From positions 1 to 53,265 of the forward strand of contig DASCPX010000245.1 in assembly GCA_036012755.1 (NCBI GenBank): DNA of 53,265 bases, in the 5' to 3' direction. Position 1 is the first letter of the stretch. Every line of letters begins with the position of its first letter. Shown here one piece after another: positions 1 through 6,588 of this stretch. Made by a program: the position numbers and the translations under genes. Source of the stretch: Myxococcota bacterium. Lineage in GTDB: Bacteria; Myxococcota_A; UBA796; CAJQPC01. The notes beneath the pieces were generated by a model. That model had not been told where the DNA came from, ran no database searches, and worked only from the letters and a program-made list of their open reading frames with translations.

Positions 1-297
1 CGGGCTCGAACTCCTTGGAGAGCTCCTCCGGTGAGCGGCCCTTTCGGGCCAGCTCAACCAGGCGCTGCCGGTATTCGAGGGGGTACACGACTCGGGGCAT
101 GGGACATCCTCCTTCGGACGTTCGGGGATGTCCACGAAAGCGGGTCAACTCCAAGACTCAACGACTTCCTGGCTCGGGTCCGCGCCCTGGTCGAGGCCCG
201 AGGCGGGAGCTGGCGTCTCTGGGTTCCCGACGAGAACGAGCCCTGGCACTCTGAGATGCTCACGGAAGGTGGCATCGACCTGGACGGGCAGCCCTAG
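1..297 (+). CDS. Hypothetical protein, 3' part (open from the window edge)
   Basis: Frame +1 is open from base 1 to TAG at 295-297 and converges on the next gene with a 4-bp overlap; no family motif recognised. Confidence 0.5.
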   Translation, partial: RARTPWRAPPVSGPFGPAQPGAAGIRGGTRLGAWDILLRTFGDVHESGSTPRLNDFLARVRALVEARGGSWRLWVPDENEPWHSEMLTEGGIDLDGQP

Positions 298-830
298 AGT
301 TCGTCCAGCTTCGCCTGCAGCTCCGCGAGCTGGGCGACGGCGTCGCGGAGCTCCTCGGGGCCCTCGGCCGCTGCCTTCTGGAGGCGCTCTATCGGTCGGG
401 AGTTCGGCTCCGGCTTCGGGAGGTTCTCCAGGAGCTGCTCGACGTGACGCAGCTCGGGTCGTCGGCGCGTCTCGGGAGGCAGCGAGTCCAGCATCTCCTT
501 GGTCGTCGCCCGGAGCTCCTCGAAGGAGGCGACGTCGTCGAGGTCACGACCGCGGAGGACACCCAGCTGCCCTGGCAGGGCTCGGATGTGGGTCAGCGCC
601 TCCTGCATCTGGAGACGGACGGCCTCGAGCTCGTCGCCCATCGCCGCCATGTGTTTGTCAGCCCAGGCCTTCGCGACGGCCTCTGGCACCTCGAAGGCTG
701 CGGCGCGCTCCGGGTCCGCCTGCACCTTCGTGCCATCCGGGGCGGAGAGCTCGAGCGATCCCGACCCGAGCGACTCCACGTCCGGGATCAGGAAGAAGCG
801 GTTCTTCTCGGCGTCGGCGAGGAGGATCAT
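294..830 (-). CDS. Hypothetical protein (178 aa, helical C-terminal half)
   Basis: ATG at 830 gives MILLADAEKNRFFLIPDVESLGSG...; the longer ORF in the track overlaps the DUF420 gene and is unlikely. Confidence 0.7.
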   Translation of the reverse strand: MILLADAEKNRFFLIPDVESLGSGSLELSAPDGTKVQADPERAAAFEVPEAVAKAWADKHMAAMGDELEAVRLQMQEALTHIRALPGQLGVLRGRDLDDVASFEELRATTKEMLDSLPPETRRRPELRHVEQLLENLPKPEPNSRPIERLQKAAAEGPEELRDAVAQLAELQAKLDEL

Positions 831-865
831 GAGGTGGCCTGTTGTCCGAGATCCTCTAGCATGAC

Positions 866-1285
866 TCAGGAGAAGGAGGAGGGGAACAACCGGTGGACGA
901 CCAGGTAGAGGGCCACGCCCGTGACCGAGACGTAGAGCCAGGTCGAGAGCGTCACCTTCGCCAGCCTCGGGTGCCTCTCGGGGCTGCGGAAGCCACGCCA
1001 CATCGTCGCCGCGATGAGCGGCAGCAGCACGGCGGCGAGGACGACGTGTGGCCACAACAAGAGGGAGTAGGCGACGTATGCCGGGCCGGTGGCGAGGCAG
1101 TAGGTCGTCCCCGCCTGGGCGTGGTGGACCACGTATGAGCCCAGGAAGAGCGCGGAGGTGCCCACGGCGGTGAGCATCAGCCGCTGGTGCAGCCTCTTGC
1201 GGTCGGATCGCACCGCGAACCACGCCGCGACGAGCAACAAGGCGCTGGTGGCGTTGAGGCAGGCGTTGAGGGTGGGCAGGTGCAT
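866..1285 (-). CDS. DUF420 family membrane protein (CtaM/YozB-like oxidase accessory factor)
   Basis: LPTLNACLNATSALLL...HQRLML...SALFLGSY...HVVLA...HPRLAK...WLYVSVTGV: four TM helices with the family His pattern; divergent from the cox operon. Confidence 0.9.
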   Translation of the reverse strand: MHLPTLNACLNATSALLLVAAWFAVRSDRKRLHQRLMLTAVGTSALFLGSYVVHHAQAGTTYCLATGPAYVAYSLLLWPHVVLAAVLLPLIAATMWRGFRSPERHPRLAKVTLSTWLYVSVTGVALYLVVHRLFPSSFS

Positions 1286-1346
1286 CACAGGCCCAGATAA
1301 CTGGCGCTGGCCCTGAGGCCCCCCATGCAATAGACTCCTCACCACG

Positions 1347-1374
1347 TAGGAGGCGACATCTTGTCGGCCTCCTA
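1347..1374. promoter_or_regulatory. Imperfect palindrome in the divergent DUF420/cox promoter; core resembles a RegA/RegR/PrrA box
   Basis: TAGGAGGCGACA-TCT-TGTCGGCCTCCTA (12-bp arms, one bulged G); core GCGAC-N5-GTCGG. Confidence 0.5.
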
Positions 1375-1389
1375 AATTTGACCGTGCCG

Positions 1390-2004
1390 ATGGGAATGAT
1401 GATGCTGGCTGCGCTGCTGACCGTCCTCGGGTGCGGCGAGACCCCGACGCCGGGCCTGTCCTATGGGGAGGAGTTGTTCGAGACTTGCGTGCCTTGTCAC
1501 GGGCCTGCGGGCCTCGGCAAGCCCTCCCTGGAGGCTCCCGCGATCGCGGGGCTGGAGCAGTGGTACATCGAACGGCAGCTCCTCAAATTTCAGGATGGCA
1601 GGAGAGGATCGCACCCCAACGATCTGGAGGGCCTTCGCATGCGTTCCATGGCGCGGACCCTCGAGCACGAGGGGGACATCGAGTCGGTCGCCGAGTACGC
1701 GAGCAAGCTCCCCCACGTCGATGCCGGGACGACCATCGCTGGCGACGCGGAGCGCGGCGAGTCCACCTTCATCGCTTGCGCTGCCTGTCACGCTGCAGAC
1801 GGGACGGGGAACGAAGCGCTCGGTGCTCCCTCGCTGGTGGGGCTGGACGACTGGTACGTCGTCGCCCAGCTCGAGAAGTTCGCCAGCGGTGTCCGGGGCG
1901 GAAACCCAGATGACCTCCAGGGCGTGCAGATGCGCCCGATGGCCATCGCCCTCGACGAGCAGGCCAGGCACGACCTCGCCGCCCACCTCCAGACCCTTCG
2001 CTAG
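1390..2004 (+). CDS. Dihaem cytochrome c4-like lipoprotein
   Basis: Two CxxCH motifs (CVPCH, CAACH); each domain has P.LAG...Y...QL.KF..G.RG and a distal Met; lipobox VLGC. Start may be 1390 or 1396. Confidence 0.9.
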   Translation: MGMMMLAALLTVLGCGETPTPGLSYGEELFETCVPCHGPAGLGKPSLEAPAIAGLEQWYIERQLLKFQDGRRGSHPNDLEGLRMRSMARTLEHEGDIESVAEYASKLPHVDAGTTIAGDAERGESTFIACAACHAADGTGNEALGAPSLVGLDDWYVVAQLEKFASGVRGGNPDDLQGVQMRPMAIALDEQARHDLAAHLQTLR

Positions 2005-2012
2005 GAGACGCC

Positions 2013-2120
2013 GTGCCGGACTCGAAGCAGGCCCTCGCCGACGCGCGGACGACCTACATCATCACCCTCGCGATGGCAGCTGCGTTCATCGGGGTGGTGG
2101 TCACCTTCATCCTCCTCTGA
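2013..2120 (+). CDS. 35-aa single-TM microprotein in the oxidase operon (not in the ORF track)
   Basis: GGAG at 2004-2007, GTG at 2013, MPDSKQALADARTTYIITLAMAAAFIGVVVTFILL, TGA at 2118-2120; fills the gap between cyt c4 and subunit II. Confidence 0.75.
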   Translation: MPDSKQALADARTTYIITLAMAAAFIGVVVTFILL

Positions 2121-2130
2121 GGGGCCCCAG

Positions 2131-2820
2131 ATGAACGTCATGCCGGAGCTCGCTTCGTCCTTTGCAGGCGACGTCGACTCCCTCATCTACCTCATCGCCG
2201 CCTTCGTTGGCTTCTGGTTCCTCGTCGCCCAGGGCTTCCTCTTCGGCTTCATCTTCAAGTACCGGGCCGAAGAGGGTGTCTCGGCCTCCTACATCGACGG
2301 CACCGAGAAGCACCTCAAGAAGTGGATCAACATCCCGCATGGGCTGATCATCCTCTGCGACGTCATCCTCATCGTGGGGTCCATTCGGGTCTGGTACCTC
2401 ATCAAGCAGGACCTGCCTGCCTACCCCGACTACGTCGTGCGGGTCACGGGCCAGCAGTGGGCCTGGATCTTCACGCACCCTGGCGCCGACGGGAAGCTCG
2501 ACACCGCAGACGACATCGAGATCGTCGACGAGCTGCATGTCGAGCTCGGCAAGACCTACCACTTCCAGCTCGAGTCCCGCGACGTCATCCACAGCTTCTC
2601 TGTGCCGGTCTTCCGGTTGAAGCAGGACGCAGTCCCGGGGCGCACCATCACCGGCTGGTTCGAGCCGACGAAGGTCGGCACCTACGACATCCAGTGCGCG
2701 GAGATGTGCGGCATCGGCCACGGCATCATGTGGGCGACTCTCTACGTCGAGGACGCCGAGCAGCACGCCGCCTGGGTCGCCGAGAACACCCCGACCACCG
2801 CGACGGCTCGAGCCGACTAG
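2131..2820 (+). CDS. coxB: Cytochrome c oxidase subunit II (CuA)
   Basis: Two TM helices, GQQWAW, SRDVIHSF..P...KQDAVPGR and the CuA motif CAEMCGIGHGIM. Confidence 0.95.
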   Translation: MNVMPELASSFAGDVDSLIYLIAAFVGFWFLVAQGFLFGFIFKYRAEEGVSASYIDGTEKHLKKWINIPHGLIILCDVILIVGSIRVWYLIKQDLPAYPDYVVRVTGQQWAWIFTHPGADGKLDTADDIEIVDELHVELGKTYHFQLESRDVIHSFSVPVFRLKQDAVPGRTITGWFEPTKVGTYDIQCAEMCGIGHGIMWATLYVEDAEQHAAWVAENTPTTATARAD

Positions 2821-2830
2821 GGAGGCAGAG

Positions 2831-4516
2831 ATGGCCGAAGCGGCCGAGACCAACGGGATCATGAAGTACCTGTGGTCGACCGACCACAAGGTCATCGCGT
2901 TGCAGTACCTGTTCACGGGCATGGCGATGGCCCTGGTGGGCGGCTTCATGGCCTACGCCTTCCGCATGCAGCTCGCCTTCCCGGGGTCGGACGTGCCGGG
3001 CTTCGGCGTGGTCTCTCCCGGCGAGTACAACGCCCTGGTCACCAACCACGGCACCATCATGATCTTCTGGGTCGCGATGCCCGTGCTCATCGCGGCCTTC
3101 GGGAACTTCCTCATCCCGCTGATGATCGGCGCGGACGACATGGTGTTCCCGCGCATCAACCGCCTGTCGTTCCACATCTTCTTCATCTCCGCCCTCGTCA
3201 TCCTGCTCTCCCTGTTCGTCGCTGGGGGTGGCTTCGGAGGCGCCTGGACCGCCTACCCCCCGCTGTCGTCGATGGCGGAGTACAGCCTGACGCCGCTGGG
3301 CTCGACCCTCTGGCTCCTCGGGGTGGCGCTGGAGTTCGTGGCTTTCTTGCTAGGAGGCATCAACTTCATCACCACGCTGATGAACTCCCGCGCCCCCGGG
3401 ATGAAGGCCTACGACATCCCCATCGTGGTCTGGATGATCGTCATCGCGAGCGTCCTCTTCATGCTCTCGGTCGGCCCGCTCATCGCCGGCGCGGTGATGC
3501 TGCTCTTCGACCAGGTCCTGGGCACGGGCTTCTACGACCCGACCCGCGGCGGTGATCCGATCCTCTGGCAGCACCTCTTCTGGTTCTTCGGTCACCCAGA
3601 GGTCTACGTCGTCCTGCTACCGGCGACAGGCATCGTCGCCGACATCATCACGGTCTTCGCTCGCAAGAAGCTCTTCGGGTACAAGATCGTGCTCTACACG
3701 GCGGTGGCGACGGGGGTGCTGAGCTTCTTCGTCTGGGCCCACCACCAGTTCGTCGCCGGGATCGACCCGCGGATGGCGAACGTCTTCACCGTCACGACGC
3801 TGTTGATCTCGATCCCGATCGCGGAGCTGCTCTTCGTCTACATCGCCACCCTCTACAAGGGCTCGATCCGCCTGACGACACCGATGCTCTGGGCGCTTGC
3901 CTTCATCGCCGAGTTCCTCATCGGCGGCGTCACCGGGATCTTCCTCGGCTCGTCCGGCTCGGACATCTACTTCCACGACACCTACTTCGTGCTGTCCCAC
4001 TTCCACTACACGTTCTTCCCGATCGCCATCATCGCGACCTTCGCTGGGATCACGATGTGGTTCCCGAAGATGTTCGGCCGGATGATGAACGAGACCCTGG
4101 GCAAGGTCCATTTCTGGATCACGATCGTCGCCTTCAACGGCACCTTCATCCCCCTGTTCATCCTAGGCGCGGCTGGACAGCACCGCCGGATCTACAACTA
4201 CAACCACTTCGAGGAGCTGGCCCGCCCCGAGTTCCAGGACCTCCGAGTAATCGCCACCGTCTGCACGCTCGTGATGCTCCTGGCGCAGGTCATCTTCCTC
4301 TACAACTTCTTCAAGAGCCTCGTGTCCGGGCCGGCTGCTTCGAGGAACCCCTGGGCCTCGAACACGCTCGAGTGGACGACTCCCTCTCCGCCGCCGCACG
4401 GCAACTGGCCGCGTGACGACATGCCCGTGGTCTACAGGGGTCCCTACGAGTACAGCGTGCCGGATCGCGACGCGGACTTCTGGCCACAGAACGAGCCCCC
4501 CGAGGAGGCCGCATGA
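2831..4516 (+). CDS. coxA: Heme-copper oxidase subunit I, A1-type motif, K-channel residues absent
   Basis: STDHK, TNHGTIMIF, WFFGHPEVY, WAHH, HDTYFVLSHFHY and the RR pair; all six His ligands and the cross-link Tyr are present. Confidence 0.97.
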   Translation: MAEAAETNGIMKYLWSTDHKVIALQYLFTGMAMALVGGFMAYAFRMQLAFPGSDVPGFGVVSPGEYNALVTNHGTIMIFWVAMPVLIAAFGNFLIPLMIGADDMVFPRINRLSFHIFFISALVILLSLFVAGGGFGGAWTAYPPLSSMAEYSLTPLGSTLWLLGVALEFVAFLLGGINFITTLMNSRAPGMKAYDIPIVVWMIVIASVLFMLSVGPLIAGAVMLLFDQVLGTGFYDPTRGGDPILWQHLFWFFGHPEVYVVLLPATGIVADIITVFARKKLFGYKIVLYTAVATGVLSFFVWAHHQFVAGIDPRMANVFTVTTLLISIPIAELLFVYIATLYKGSIRLTTPMLWALAFIAEFLIGGVTGIFLGSSGSDIYFHDTYFVLSHFHYTFFPIAIIATFAGITMWFPKMFGRMMNETLGKVHFWITIVAFNGTFIPLFILGAAGQHRRIYNYNHFEELARPEFQDLRVIATVCTLVMLLAQVIFLYNFFKSLVSGPAASRNPWASNTLEWTTPSPPPHGNWPRDDMPVVYRGPYEYSVPDRDADFWPQNEPPEEAA

Positions 4517-5082
4517 AGCCGCTCGCGACGACCCGCAGCGCCACTGGCATCCCCACCGGCCGCCTGGCCGTCTGGTGGGTGGTCGCCTCGGAGATCGTGA
4601 TCTTCGGTGGCCTGTTGGGCAGCTACCTCATGCATCGCCTGGGCCACCCCGAGTGGGCCGAGGCCTCCGTCCACACGAACACCTGGATCGGTGCCTTCAA
4701 CACCTTCGTCCTGTTGACGTCCAGCCTCTCGGCTGTCCTCGGTCACAAGGCGGCGGAGGCCGGAGACGGCAAGAAGGCCGCCAAGATGCTGCTGTTCACG
4801 ATGCTCGGGGGCGCCACCTTCATCTGCGTGAAGGCCTTCGAGTGGCACACCGAGATCAGCCACGGCTACACGATCACGGCCAACGCCTTCTGGTCCTTCT
4901 ACTACACGGCGGCTGGGCTCCACGCGCTCCACGTCATCGCCGGCTGCGTGATCATGGGCTTCATCGCCAGGGACGCCTGGCGGGGCAAGGAGCTCCAGCG
5001 GGTCGAGCTCATCGGCATCTACTGGCACTTCGTAGATGTCGTCTGGATCTTCCTCTTCCCCCTCCTCTACATCGCGAAGTAG
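4513..5082 (+). CDS. coxC: Cytochrome c oxidase subunit III-like (short form), copy 1
   Basis: ASEIVIFGGL, NTFVLLTSS, KAFEW, GLHALHV, YWHFVDVVWIFLFPLLY; ATGA overlap with coxA. Confidence 0.93.
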   Translation: MKPLATTRSATGIPTGRLAVWWVVASEIVIFGGLLGSYLMHRLGHPEWAEASVHTNTWIGAFNTFVLLTSSLSAVLGHKAAEAGDGKKAAKMLLFTMLGGATFICVKAFEWHTEISHGYTITANAFWSFYYTAAGLHALHVIAGCVIMGFIARDAWRGKELQRVELIGIYWHFVDVVWIFLFPLLYIAK

Positions 5083-5085
5083 GTC

Positions 5086-5808
5086 ATGTCCGGAACGCAC
5101 CACACCAACTACGTGAAGATCTGGGCCATCCTGCTCGCGCTGCTGGTCGTCAGCGTGGCGGGGCCGTTCCTCGGCATCACCATCGTCACGCTGATCACCG
5201 CCTTCGGCATCGCGGGGATCAAGGCCTACCTGGTCTGCAAGCACTTCATGCACCTGGACGTCGAGAAGCCCATCATCAAGTGGCTCCTGGCGACCTGTCT
5301 CGTGCTGATGGCGCTCTTCTTCTTCGGGACGGCCCCGGACGTGCTGCGGCACGACGGAACGAACTGGGAAAACACCGCGGCGAAGGCTGCCGTGGAGCGC
5401 GGCATCGAGGAGCCTCACCACGAGGCCCCCGCCGAGACCCCCGGTGCCGCCGAGACCCACGATGCCGTCGATACCCACGAGGCCGTCGAGGCCGTCGCTG
5501 GTGTCGACGAGGCACCGGCCGCGTTCGATCCCGCGACCGCCTACGCGACCTCCTGCAGTGCGTGCCACGGGGTGGCTGGAGCCGGCGATGGCGCCGCTGC
5601 CGTCGCGCTTCAGCCCCCGCCCGCGAACTTCGTCGATCCCGCCTTCTGGGAGACCCGCACGGACGAGCAGGTCTTCACCGCCATTCGTGACGGCGGCCCT
5701 GCGGTGGGCGGCTCTCCGCTGATGGCGCCCTGGGCCGCGAGCTTCTCCGACGAGCAGATCACCGCCCTCGTCGAGCACCTCAAGACCTTCGGTGGCCAGG
5801 ATGGCTGA
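5086..5808 (+). CDS. Oxidase subunit IV (COX4_pro-like) fused to a C-terminal monohaem cytochrome c
   Basis: YVKIWAILLALL...IKAYLVCKHFMHL with three TM helices, an acidic His-rich linker, then CSACHG..G.GDG...P.PANF...SPLMAPW. Confidence 0.88.
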   Translation: MSGTHHTNYVKIWAILLALLVVSVAGPFLGITIVTLITAFGIAGIKAYLVCKHFMHLDVEKPIIKWLLATCLVLMALFFFGTAPDVLRHDGTNWENTAAKAAVERGIEEPHHEAPAETPGAAETHDAVDTHEAVEAVAGVDEAPAAFDPATAYATSCSACHGVAGAGDGAAAVALQPPPANFVDPAFWETRTDEQVFTAIRDGGPAVGGSPLMAPWAASFSDEQITALVEHLKTFGGQDG

Positions 5809-6376
5809 GGCGATCCTCCCCGCTCCCACGCGCAAGCTGGCCCCCGATGGCGTCATCGGCATGCTGATCTTCATCTTCGCAGAGGTCATGTTCTTCGCCG
5901 GGCTCATCAGCGCCCACGTCATCGTCGAGAGCCGCGCGCTCGGAGGTGCCTGGCCCCCGGTCGGACAGCCCCGGCTCCCCTTGGAGGAGACGGCGATCAA
6001 CACGGCCCTGTTGCTGGCCAGCGGTGCGCTCGTCTTCCTCGCTCACCGCGCCCGGAGACGAAAGCTGCGGAGCGCCCCCGCCATCCTCCTCGGCGCCCTG
6101 GTCCTCGGCGTCGCCTTCGTGTCCCTGCAGGGGCGGGAGTGGGTGGCGCTCATCTCCGAGGGGCTGAGCCTCACCTCGAGCACCTACGGCGGCTTCTTCT
6201 ACCTGATCGTCGGCTCCCATGCGCTCCACGCCGTCGCCGCGATCTCGGCCCTGGGCTGGGCGACCTTCGAACTCTGGAAGGGACGGCTGCCCGACTCGGC
6301 CTTCGCGACTGTGCAGCTGTTCTGGTACTTCGTCGTGCTCGTGTGGCCGGCGATCTACGTGCAGGTGTACCTCTGA
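5801..6376 (+). CDS. Cytochrome c oxidase subunit III-like (short form), copy 2
   Basis: FAEVMFFAGLISA, WPP.GQPRLP, NTALLLASG, QGREW, GSHALHA, FWYFVVLVWP; ATG at 5801 overlaps the upstream gene end. Confidence 0.9.
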   Translation: MAEAILPAPTRKLAPDGVIGMLIFIFAEVMFFAGLISAHVIVESRALGGAWPPVGQPRLPLEETAINTALLLASGALVFLAHRARRRKLRSAPAILLGALVLGVAFVSLQGREWVALISEGLSLTSSTYGGFFYLIVGSHALHAVAAISALGWATFELWKGRLPDSAFATVQLFWYFVVLVWPAIYVQVYL

Positions 6377-6588
6377 GGCTGCACCTCCTCGTGGAGCTGG
6401 CCCAGGCCTGCTCGGTCTGCTTCGACCCCAGCGAGGAGAACCGGCTCGCCTTCCTCGGCACGACCGCGCTGCTGTCGCTCCTGCCACTGCTGCTCCTCGC
6501 CGGCTCCGGGCTGTGGATCTGGAGACGAGTGCGCCAGGGCAACGACGCGGGCGCGGGATACCCTCCACCAGATGCCGCAGTCGAATGA
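6373..6588 (+). CDS. Small CxxC + single-TM protein ending the oxidase operon
   Basis: (L)RLHLLVELAQACSVCFDPSEENRLAFLGTTALLSLLPLLLLAGSGLWIWRRVRQ...; start is CTG at 6373 (CTGA overlap with the upstream stop) or GTG at 6391. Confidence 0.65.
   Translation: MRLHLLVELAQACSVCFDPSEENRLAFLGTTALLSLLPLLLLAGSGLWIWRRVRQGNDAGAGYPPPDAAVE

Noticed and set aside
2831..4516. Subunit I as a nitric oxide reductase or cbb3/ba3-type enzyme
   Set aside because: HPEVY with the helix VI Tyr, a full D-channel and a CuA subunit II are A-family features; NOR families replace this Tyr.
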